A stretch of 49,631 bases of DNA, from contig JAAPAO010000228.1 in NCBI GenBank assembly GCA_013115145.1, forward strand, positions 1 through 49,631. The letters run 5' to 3'. Source of the DNA: Perkinsus chesapeaki ATCC PRA-425. Its lineage: Eukaryota > Protista > Perkinsozoa. The notes beneath the pieces are model-generated. The model was not told the origin of the DNA. It saw only the letters and a list, made by a program, of their open reading frames with translations, and searched no databases. Below are positions 33,046-44,699 of the stretch, piece by piece (within the stretch, counting starts at the first letter, position 1; every line of letters begins with the position of its first letter). The translations under genes were made by a program, and so were the position numbers.

Positions 33046-33758
33046 TGAAACATATATTATACCCAAGTTCTAACGTGACACACTTCACTCATTCCCACTG
33101 TTCACATTGGGGATATTATCAACTAGTAATATTTATCATTATGTAACATAGATATAGAGGACCGAAAATGCCCACGGGCCTCACGGCTGCGCCCAAGTTC
33201 AACGCTACTATATAATATATTTTCTTAACGCCCATTAAAGGATGATACTATTCCATCTTAAATAGAACTATATCTAAGGCTCATAATAGGCCTATAGACC
33301 TTCCCTTCTCAAAACCAGACCAGCTATATTGAGTTTTTTGAAGAAAACCGATGCCACAAAATTTTTCTCGCCCATGCCCCCTTGTACCCTAAAACCTTCC
33401 TTCCCTCCCCCACTCCCTATCATCTTCCCAAGACGCTCGTAGCATCCTCCTTCATATGAGATAAGGCCGCCCATACAGGAACAAAGAGAACAAAAAAAGG
33501 CAATACTGAAACAGCACGGAGCTCTCATAACGCGCTGTGAAGACTAGATTGATTGCAGGTCGCAACTGAAATGAAATAGATGCTCTCTCCAAGTACTAGC
33601 GAAAAATCTAGCTTCAAAATACTTGCATTTTCACGACACAATTCAGCATATATACCGAAATATGATCCCGTTTCTAGATCCATCTCAGCTCCTAAAAGCT
33701 GAACCGAGGAACCAAAGATATCTTTTCCAGTAGAAACGTGGTAAGATACGCTCGAGCT

Positions 33759-36700
33759 CTATCCAGACTCGGAAAGTGTGCTCGGCGGGATACTAGAAAC
33801 CTCATCAGATGACGTCGCTGGAGTGACCCCCGGCCAGCTCTGGTCGAACACTTCCGCTAGAGGCTCGCGATCAAGTAAAAGGATTGCTTCACAGTGATAG
33901 GTATGAGGGAACATGTCAACGGGGATCTGATGATTCAAGTAAAGAGCAGTATGAAGATGAGTAGAGCTTCGATTGAATACAAGTATGGACAAGCATATCC
34001 TACAATCTTCCAAAGAAAAAGAAAAGAGCGGTATGAGATTTTTATACGCTAATACAACACGTAGTAAACCTGCCAAAGTTGAAGGAGTGAAAATTCGGTG
34101 AAAAGTGAAGTTGCTAAAGATGTGTTGTGTAGCGCTTCAACAAAAGCCTCTTTTATCCTTTTGTCAAAAGGAGCGTAGGCGCATATATCCTCCAATCTTC
34201 AGAACATAATGGGAGGAGCGGTATGAATATTACAATAATCTTAGGCACCAATATCCCTCCTTCCTCCTTCATCTCCTTATGACTCTCTACCGTTGTATAG
34301 TCGTTCTCGGGCCTAAACAAAAGCCTATCATTCACCACAAACCGCCACCTCACAGTCACCGCAAGCCTCTCGACTATCAACCCTACAAAACATCTATTTC
34401 TTCCTAGAAAGGCAATCCTGTCTCTCAATGCCTTTCCCATTGTGTCGCCTGTCCCCCTATTACTTTGTTAGTTGTACAACATCCCTGCTAAGTGTATCAG
34501 GATTACAGGACACATATACTATCCTACTTATATAAGAGCATTGCCTTAGACACCTCAATACCTGAATACGATGACCAGGAGACTCGCCATAAAAGTTGAT
34601 ACGCGAGCACGTTACTAGAATTAGTAGTACTAATGTCAGTTACTACGAACTTATTCTACATATAAACCTTCAACACCCTGTAGGCTTATCACATGAGGTT
34701 AAGACAAGTAAATGAGAAGGAGCGTGCATTCTCAACTCTTCAACTTTTCTCAGTCGAATCACTCGATACTCTGCAAATTCGTGGCGAGTACATTGTCACA
34801 AAGCACCTTATTTCTACTCCGTAATCCCCCTCCCCCTATTACATTCGGATGCAGACCAGATCTCGGTGGGTCCACTATAACAGTTAACTTTTGATCTCCT
34901 TTAATATCAGAACATGCTTCCTTAATAACATCCTCTATAGTATCCTCTGCTCGACCTAACATAGCTAAAGGATAACCTACTCACTTCGCTACCCGAAATA
35001 TTAACCAAATATTTACCACATCATCGTACCTTCACGCGCCACGAAATTCTACGATTTTTCCACGTCCCTACAGTGCTCCCCATCTAGAACGGGTGCTTAT
35101 TAGAGTACGCAATAGGAGGCTTTTTGAAGGTAATCAACAACCTAGTCAACTGAAAACTGAAAGCAGTATTTAAAGAGTAAATCTCCAAGAAGTGCGCGTT
35201 TTCCAGTGCCTGATTCAAACCTATATTAATCCTTTATTACCAGCAATGAACTTAACAGCTCCCTCCAGTCCATTAGCCTTCGCAGATGCCTTAGCATCTT
35301 CAACAGCATCAGCAACCAGCTCTAATCCATACACTCGTGGCTTACCATCAGCCTTAGTCCCAAGGATACTAGCAAACACCTACAATCGCCAAGATACGTT
35401 CGACCTTCCAAACGAGCCCAAAGATACGCATTTTCATACTATACATAATTTCCACCCTCACATTACGACGATGCTCAACATTTTCTTCCCGAACCCTATT
35501 AGTTATTCGCACTATGAATATTCCTGTACATCTTATCTCCACCTTACCTGTGTTATAGTACCAACACCCGAGCACACATCCACCACTGCTGCTGGTAGAG
35601 TACTTTGATCTAAGTCCTCTAACTTAGGCATATCACCATCAGGGCTACCAGTGAGGGCCAGCCTTACCTAGACCGGATGACAAGAGTCTTACCCAGAGAT
35701 GCTGTTAGTAGCATAAAATCCTGCTTCAACCACAGCCGAATAGGAACACCAAAATTTTTTTCGCGCGAGGATAATCTTCCCCCCGTTGAAGAACACTACC
35801 GGTAAATAGTGAAGGGTTCGTGCCCATTGTCAATACTAAGATCCTCGGAATATTTCGTCACACAATTCGCTGTCCCCTATTACCGCTGCCGTATAAAGTT
35901 TCTTGCACATAACCACATTAGTCTGGAAAAATGATGCTGGTTGCAGTGGGAACTCCAGCCCTAACATATCCATGGTCACTTTAGTGTCGCCATATATCTG
36001 AACCGCACATGAAACGGTTAATCGATTTGCAAAGATTCTCAATCTTAACATCGCTATAAGCGAATAGGATAGCATTTATATCACGCCTCTCCGAATCGAA
36101 CAGGCCCAATTTCCCAGGCCAGAAGCCAGATACAGGTTTAACCTTCTTCTCCGGTATGCCCCATATGCTTATGTATGTCTATAAGGCCTCAAAGATTCAT
36201 TAGGCTGCCTCTGCAAGGAGGTCGACTCTACGACACGCAGCCCCGATCTATATGAGTCGTATTTTACCACTTAACTATTTCAACCAGAATGAGTCCGCCT
36301 TCCCTACATGATAGAGATCCTCCTTTTTCATATCACACGCATCACACACGCCATTGTTAGTCTGCATAAACACCGAGGATACCGGTACCTGTAATGAGAT
36401 CAAAAATCTTTACAGTGCGTAATAACCGTAAGATACCAAAATAAACAACAACACAGTGCCAGCCTCGCTGCTATACAAACCAGTGGTGAAGAATCGTATT
36501 TTTATGATTAGTCCAATCCGGATGTCGCGAATGGAGACCGCTCGTCATAATTTTTCTGCATAACTATGATGCGGCATTATTAGTTTATACTGTTATCGAG
36601 TATACTATACAGTTGGCCAAAAATTGATAAAATGATCAAGACGCTATGAGATATATTTATACCAAAATATGTATACCCGGAATTTTACCAGGGCTCAGGA

Positions 36701-39700
36701 GATTATGACAACTAACTGAACCCGCTACCACAGCGATACCTCTATACTGGCTATAATCACCAGCCTGGTCCGAGGGGACAGGCTGCACAAGATGAACTAG
36801 AAGATCAAGATATGTTATTAGGATTCTTAGCAGTAAGTTCCCTAGATAGATTAAAATATAATAAGATGACCAGATATTAGTAAATAAGATCAGCCTTCAT
36901 TATTACACTAAGATTCCTATTAGCATCACTTTCCGCCCATGCCCTTATTATACTAGTAGCCTTATCATACGGCTCACAACACATCACCACCATCAACATC
37001 TCTCTACGTGTTGGGGACCATCTAAGCATCACTTGACGCCACGTCCCCGTCTCTAAAACAAAAACAACAACTACGCTCTCCAATCTCATATCATTCGGTT
37101 TATCGATTTGGTGACATGAAAGCGGTCACACCCCTATATTAGCGACATTAAAAAACCGTCGATTTTTGTGAGCATCTTCACTGATACCGTAGAGCCCCCG
37201 CCCTAAATTAACCAACTCTTCACTCGTTACTAATATTCGGAGCCTTTTATCCTTCCCAGCCTTCCCATACTACTTTCATGTCTCGAGAATGGTTTAACTT
37301 GTTCATAGTTCTCCAACACTATCCTCCTCAGCTCTCCCTCTATCTCCTTCATACACGCTGGTATCTACATTATATCTATATTTACCGACCCGGCCCGAGA
37401 TATCCATAAGGGCAATTTAATTCAATTCAACAAATGGATATACGAGACTGATCTAGCGATGCTGACTATGTTGTTCTTCACAGATGTCTTATATGCCACA
37501 GGCCAGACTCCGCAGTGTGATTAATTTCAATCAATATTTCATACTATAAAAACACTTGGGCAGAAAGCTACACACAGAATACCTCTACAAGCGAGCAGAT
37601 GTTACCAATTATATACTGCACAGATCACGAATTTGTCACTAGTAAAATTAGCTCCCTCTCCACACTTCGAACGCCTTACTAATAAGTACGTACAATCCCA
37701 TTCCCTCAGCTGGCAAATAGTTGGAGAAAATTTGGTATAAAAACACTCCCGTTTTTACATGTGGCAAAGCTGCTCCTGACTCTATCAACAGCTCATGTCC
37801 CTCTACTTTCCTAACAAAACCCACCTCCGGCTGAGTACCTAAATGATCGACATTGAAACAGCCTATCAACTAACAAGCCTCAGTTCCCATACCTGCTAGT
37901 TCGATGACGATAACCATCTTTAGGGTGGGCAAGGTGGAAAGATCACCGGGCAGAATTTCAAATCGAAACTTGGATGAGTTGTTCCCCAAAGCGAGTGGCG
38001 TGTGAGCGATCGAGCTTCTGCGTGGCAGTACTCATCGCGCACAAAAATGTTTCTGCTTTCTCAAATGGGAGGAGCCCATTATCGGGAAATCGAGTACGGG
38101 AATTTCAACGGATAAGGAATCATACGAAAATTAGTTTTGCTTGTAGAAAAAGTTCTCCGCCAGTTTTCGCATTTGTAGACGACGCGCATCAAGAATTTGG
38201 CAGTACACCGAGATATTTTTGAACAACATCTAATATCAACGCTTACATCAATAATTGATTTCCCGTCAATTCCCTGCCCCATTTAGTACAATCATAATCC
38301 TTGTATCCGATAGTCAGCTCGCACTTGTTCCTATAACCTTCTAAATTGTCCTCGGGACTGCCCATTATCTCATGTACAATACATCCAGGCTTATTTTTAT
38401 GCACCTATTGAAAATTCCTTCACAAGATACCCCATAGTGAGAACATCACCAAGACGAATATAGTGAGAATTTTGCGAACGATACGGTATCCGTAATAAGA
38501 GACTGCGAGACTGCTCAGGGCGAGACGTACTGAGCCACGGCCAGTGCTACAGTGAGCAATCCTATAAACCATCCTTCTCGAAGAATCTACACCACTTCCC
38601 GGTCAAGTTAGACCTGTTCCAATCAGTTCGAAAGCCGCGGGAAAAACGGACTCGCTTTTAACCGTTTTTTTCAGTCACCGTAAATACTTTTGCTAAACTG
38701 ATAATCTCCTGTCGTGCAAATTCGGGTTTTAAAAATGTGAAGCTTGAACGTAAATATAGATTAAATGAATGTAGTTACGCACTTCCACTACACTCCTTAT
38801 ACAAGACTACAAACTCCTACGGAGAACAAATCAATAAACCGTTCCAACGGGATCTTCACTAATATACTAATATCGATACTACAACATATAAAACTGAGTG
38901 TTCATTCCCTCATCGGGAGATTCACCTTCACCAACAAATTACCAACACCCAGGAGAAGTCCCTTTATTACTCTCGCCCAGGTGGGGAAGCTATACTGTAG
39001 TTTATCACAATGGGCTTTAACCTGACTTATACAAAGATACCTCCAAGCCAGCAATCCAACAGATACCTCTCTCGTGAAGTTCCTAGCGGCATGCATTATA
39101 AACTGTTCTTTTAGTTTAAGCTGTTCAGTATAAGAATATGTATAAAGCGGGGCGCTCTTCTCCAGCAAAGTCTCTGAAGAAACGATGCTTAAGATCAGGA
39201 CTACCCTCACACGGATGTATTACTAATGCCGAGATAGGATGAAAATTTACGGTATAAAATTGGTCCCAAGCCCAAAAGGAAACAATTTATCCCTCTATGA
39301 CATCCTAGTTCGGAAAGTGATATAACAATGGAGAGTTCTTTCAGACTTGCCTCAAAAACGCACGTAGGAAGCCTCAAACTAATCTCCACTATCGCTTTCC
39401 GATCCGAACGATTAACGGGCGCAAAACTGCTCTTCGAGAGGCAAAAAGGATTCCTAGTCCAGGAGGAATTATTGGTAAGATAAAAAGCATCAACTAAGTC
39501 AACCATATATGTTAATATTAGATACGATATAGGGTCCTAGTATTCCCTATTAAAGCATCAAAATGGTCTATATAGGATACGATATAGGATCCTAGTATTC
39601 CCTATTAAAGCATCAAATTGGTCTATATAGGATACGATATAGGATCCTAGTATTCCCTATAAGAGCATCAAATTGGTCTATATAGGATACGATATAGGAT

Positions 39701-41634
39701 CCTAGTATTCCCTATAAAAGCATCAAATTGGTCTATATAGGATACGATATAGGATCCTAGTATTCCCTATAAAAGCATCAAATTGGTCTATATATGATAC
39801 GATATAGGATCCTAGTATTCCCTATAAAAGCATCAAATTGGTCTATATTAGATACGATATAGGGTCCTAGTATTCCCTATTAAAGCATCAAATTGGTCTC
39901 TATAGGATACGATATAGAATCCTAGTATTCCCTATTAAAGCATCAAATTGGTCTATATAGGATACGATATAGNNNNNNNNNNNNNNNNNNNNNNNNNNNN
40001 NNNNNNNNNNNNNNNNNNNNNNNNNNNNNNNNNNNNNNNNNNNNNNNNNNNNNNNNNNNNNNNNNNNNNNNGGATCCTAGTATTCCCTACAAAAGCATCA
40101 AATTGGTCTATATAGGATACGATATAGGATCCTAGTATTCCCTACAAAAGCATCAAATTGGTCTATATAGGATACGATATAGGATCCTAGTATTCCCTAT
40201 GAAAGCATCAAATTGGTCTATATAGGATACGATATAGGATCCTAGTATTCCCTATAAAAGCATCAAATTGGTCTATATAGGATACTATATAGGATCCTAG
40301 TATTCCCTATTAAAGCATCAAATTGGTCTATATAGGATACGATATAGGATCCTAGTATTCCCTATTACTATCCTTTTCATATTTAGCCTTCTCTCTCATC
40401 TGTTTTAATGTTAGATTCTCCATTCTTCTTTGTTTCCTTAATGCTGCCCTCTCCTCGGTCTCGCATCGGACTTTCCGACTTCTCTTATCACCACCATAAA
40501 AGTCGTGAATATCCAACTCGGCACCTTTATATTTCAAACCGGCAACCTGAGATACCAAACCCTTTGCATCTACACACAACCTCCCTTTCACTAAAGAGGA
40601 TCCCTCCAGCACGAGATGCAAATATATTCTCGTGAAGAACTACTTGTTAATGGACCAAATGTTAATTTGTAGGACTGTACGCTTTCTCTATCTTTCCATC
40701 AATCCCACGAGTTCAAGTCAACGATCCTATCACAGAGAGCAAAGACGAGATATCGGACTCAGTGAAATTTATTATTGACCAAATACACCTCACCACACTT
40801 GAATCCTTCTAAGCTTTCAAACAACCCAGTAATCGTCGATTTGGGAACCCACAAATTCTCTCATAAACTCGTGAGAATGAGACCCAGGATTTATAGAACC
40901 GATTTCACCGTAATATCGCCAACTGCCTCCTCGAGCCATTATTACATCCTTTTTAAACTGCGCAGTGTCATCCCCGCTCTTGAACTTTACAAAGACATAG
41001 CGGGCTTTACCAGTAGCAGCATCCAGTGTATCTGAGATTGACATAGCGCCAGATTAACGACATTCCGAACGCCATCCAAAGAGCGCTGGGATATATGAAA
41101 AACTAAGTCTATCAAGAGCAAGATTACGAGGAGCTACGATAGACTACTGTATTTTTAAACGTATGAAGACACTCACTTTCCTATTGACAAAAAATAGGAA
41201 ATTGACATATAAATAGACAAACAGATAGATAATAGTATGAGATATGACCAGTAAGTAACATGAATACAGTACAATTCCTGGACTGCAAGGCGAAATATGA
41301 AAGCTTGGCGTATATTCCAAAAAAGGTTTTAACATCAGTCGAGTGACATCCACAATTGCTTCATTGGAGTGTTGCAAAGAGAGGGGGAGAATAGGTCCCG
41401 AAATACTACAATTAACATTAGATTTGACCTCCTTTTCAAAGAACTCAGTCTTCGCTTTTTCTCCAATGTTGTTGAATTTCTTACAGAATATCTGTAGTTT
41501 CAAAACCTCTCCATTCGGTGCCTGAAGGAATCTTTAGGTCGACCGCGTAAGATACGAAATAGGTTAGAAAGACAACTCACGTCGCTTCCTTCAACCGATG
41601 TTTGTTGCCCGCTTATTGGCTTATTATCAGACAT
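33759..41634 (-). CDS. TRMT2A: tRNA (uracil-54,C5)-methyltransferase of the TRMT2A/TRM2 (TrmA/RlmD) family with an N-terminal RRM; about 17 or more exons
   Basis: In order: MSDNKP start (41634), RRM-like KARYVFVKF, SAPLYTYSYTEQLKLK, EGYRNKCELTIG, EVGFV, TGTWRQVMLR, LEFPLQPASFFQTN, DVCSGVGTI (SAM binding), VDPPRSGLH, IVYVSCNPDTL (catalytic Cys) and PVDMFPHTYHCE. Several junctions were checked for phase (e.g. 40945/40547, 40368/39174, 38970/38390, 35883/35668, 35240/34956, 34842/34562). The 3' end may extend further. Confidence 0.93.
39515..40365. repeat. 55-bp tandem satellite (at least 13 visible copies, interrupted by an N gap) inside a TRMT2A intron
   Basis: Unit gatacgatataggatcctagtattccctataaaagcatcaaattggtctatatag starts at 39521, 39576, 39631 ... 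39961 and resumes after the gap to ~40365. No unique spacers. Confidence 0.97.
39973..40071. other. Assembly gap (run of ~100 N); true satellite length unknown
   Basis: N-run flanked on both sides by the same 55-bp repeat. Confidence 0.99.
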
Positions 41635-42850
41635 AGAAACAAACAGCGGTAGCCTACTCACAAAACGTTAAGTACCCATGTAACAGACCCCTTAACCGAC
41701 AAACTGTGGATAATCGAAAACCATCCACTGCGACTCGAATTTATGCGATAAGGAAGCAAAGTCACGCTGGACTTAATTGAAGTACACCACACTATCGATC
41801 ATATTCATTTACTTCTCGAACAGGCATGGACAGATCCTCGAGCACTAAAATACGATTCTAGACTCAACTGTTGCTGGAATAAGTTTGCTAAACGTGACAT
41901 TCAATTAAGACAGGCGATACTCTAAGGCTTGTTCGAGGCACCTCGCAAAAGCAGGTCACTTTGCATTCATGAGAAATGCTGTTAACAGCTCTCCAAACCC
42001 ATTCACTGGACTAGCCGAGTGCAGCCCCGAGTGTTTTGACAGGCACTTCCAGAAAGCCCATCTTTAATCCCCTGCCAATATAAGACAAGTTTTGTTTGGT
42101 TCAGCAGGTTAGACATATACGCTGGTGCTCGCTAGACCCGGGATCGATCCCTGGTAAGGGATTATATTTGCGCTTCATTTTATTTTCAGTTTTCCGTTTG
42201 TTCGGAACGGCGAGACGAGACGCTTCATCTTAACGAGCCCTGAAGCGGCTTTTCTAACTTTATGCGGAAGTTCGAGTGCTATTCGTTTGACTATTGATCA
42301 CTCACTACTTGCCGTGCGAGAGGCTTCTGTCTTTTAAATTGAACATTTCAAAAGCTCTGATACATGTTCATCCTTGAAACGCCACTAGACAGCGGGGGGG
42401 GGGAGAAAAGTCTCGACTTCAAGTAGCCGTGCAAGAAAGGTATTCGGACAAACTCACAATACTTGGTTACATTCTCATCTGTAATGACATGCGAATGGGC
42501 AGCCGTGCAATGTTATAAACTCAACAGACGTTCATATCAGATGGAATTCTCGACGGTAACAAAGAAGGTGTAAGTAGTTAGGAATGCCTTAGTAAGCTAT
42601 ATGGGGCCGAAGCCTCTAGTTACTCTTGTGACAGTCTATAAGACCGAAAGAGGCGATTACAATGCACACGATACGGACATAGAATCCGATGTGTGGGTCA
42701 TCAACCATGGTTCAGTCCAGTGATAAATAATGAAAACAATCTGATGAAAAGGAGTGCAAGCTCCTATATCTGAAGATATGATGCAGGAACGACACCGATT
42801 AGAACCAACAAGTAACGTTGGTTCGTAAAAATGCACCAGCAAGTGCACGA

Positions 42851-44619
42851 TCACAAGTATGCTGAGAATGCCGCGACCACGGCAATCCACAGTGCCGTCA
42901 TGGTATATAGCTCAGCGGCATTATCAGAGAAGCATGGCTCGTCAGGTAGCCTCGGTCCTATCACGATAGGTTCCCACTCGTACATGCTAATAGATGTCGT
43001 AGACCCCTGAAAACATAATACTCTAACCTCTGTTCGAGACGAACAACTCCAAGTATTCAGCGGCAAGTGAATTAGCATGAGGATAGGACACGCTCTCACA
43101 GGTTTCTCTTCATCATCATCGCCGCTGCCGTTCATAGTTTGGGCAAGTATATAAACGAACTCCTTTTTCGTTACGGGGTCCTGCCGAACTGCTAAAGCTT
43201 CTGGACGTCCAAGAGGTAACCTGAGAAGAACCTTCTGGAATTATGGTCAATCCAGAAACACTGGAGAATACCACACGCTAATTGACTTCATCCTGCGGGG
43301 AGTCACACTGAGATGGATACGATTTGGACCTACTTGTCCTTCTCTCGCCAGGTTGCCATTGTCTCAGACATGACAACGGAGCCGGTGCTCATAGCTTGAC
43401 GAAGAGATTCTGCGGCGATGCACTCGACTCTCATTGCCTTCCGACCTCGATTGAACCTAAAATCGTTCGTGTAGAACGGAAGGCCCCCATTTACACACTC
43501 ACCGGCGGAAGAGTACGATTATATCACCACTAGATAACTCAGCCATGTCGGTCGGCTCGAAATGGCCTGGAGCCTGACGAAGGACGATTCGAAAACGATA
43601 AACGAGGCGGAGAATGAGACGCCTCACCTTCACAATGAAAGATTTAGCTTCGCCAGACAATGTATCACTGTAGAAATATACGGGGAACAAGTAGTCTCCT
43701 TCTGATTCTCCACGTGCAAAAGGCCTCTTACAAGCCAGCAGTAAGAGACCACTGCCATCGATCGAATCTAAGTGGTGGTATCTTCGATGGAGTTAACTGA
43801 TGCAAGGAGGTACGCAGTTTAAGAAGTGACTTCACTCCGCCGTTATCCTGACATCCATTCAGATCATGTATTGTCTTCTCACCGATAGTGCCATCATGAA
43901 GCCTTGCACAGAAAATACACGAACGCATTTAAGATGAGACCTTACTTCACCACCACGTCCTGAGGCTTTCCGATATAGCTGTAGAGCTCTCCTTTGCCGT
44001 TGCCCTCGTAAACACCGTTGATAGTTAGACCTTCGACATCACCTGCAATGGCATGCCTCAACTTCGAACCCTGTTTTAACACAGGAGTTATAGTAGTTGG
44101 GTTATCATCTGGTGTTGTGAGCACGAAACGCTTACCAGGATCAATTTCCGTCAGGACATTCACCAAGACGTCAGCAGATGTGACGTCCAACTCTGAGACG
44201 CCAGTCGGATTGAGATCTATTTCCACAAAGGACCTGCAAATACGCACGTAGCCAACTTGGAAACTTGGAGTTAGACTAATCATTCGGATCGACTTACCCC
44301 GTCCTCGAAATGGCGAGTAGCTGGGTGCCATTGGCGTTGACGATGAAAGAGCTTAGTGGGCCTAGATCTTCATCATCCTTTGAGCTCTTGAAGCTAATGG
44401 TTTGGACGTGACTTAGGGAACCTATTACGAGATGTCAGAGAAAACATAGAACTTTGCTTGCCAACCTCGGGACATATTATGTCTAAACCCTGCAGTAACG
44501 CGCTCCACCACTTTGAGCGGTATCCTTTCAGTCATCTGGGGTGGTTGATCGATACCCTCGGCGATGAACAAAGTTGCCAGAAGGGAGACCCAGAACACCG
44601 AGTTGATATTACTAACCAT
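42851..44619 (-). CDS. Secreted or type-I membrane phytase-like (esterase-like phytase, PF13449-type) beta-propeller protein, paralog 1
   Basis: Signal peptide MVSNINSVFWVSLLATLFIAEG. Exons give LGPLSSFIVNANGTQLLAISRTG, GDVEGLTINGVY, DNGGVKSLL, FEPTDMAELSSGDIIVLFRR and PEALAVRQDPVTKKEFVYIL, matching the family blade motifs (D.EGL, N.G.E.L, D...L..G.llvLER, E.LA). C-terminal hydrophobic ALWIAVVAAFSAYL*. Confidence 0.65.
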
Positions 44620-44699
44620 TTATGGGGAGGAAATAAACCTGTTTCGGTTGAATTCCTGCAATGGCGTGTATTATCCCTACGTTAGTAGGATGACATGCA

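Noticed and set aside
39515-40365. 55-bp palindromic repeats as a CRISPR array
   Set aside because: Units are contiguous with no unique spacers, no cas genes are present, and the context is a eukaryotic intron.
42394-42409. G-run plus purine tract as a retrotransposon PPT
   Set aside because: Wrong strand and position relative to the minus-strand pol relic, and no adjacent LTR.
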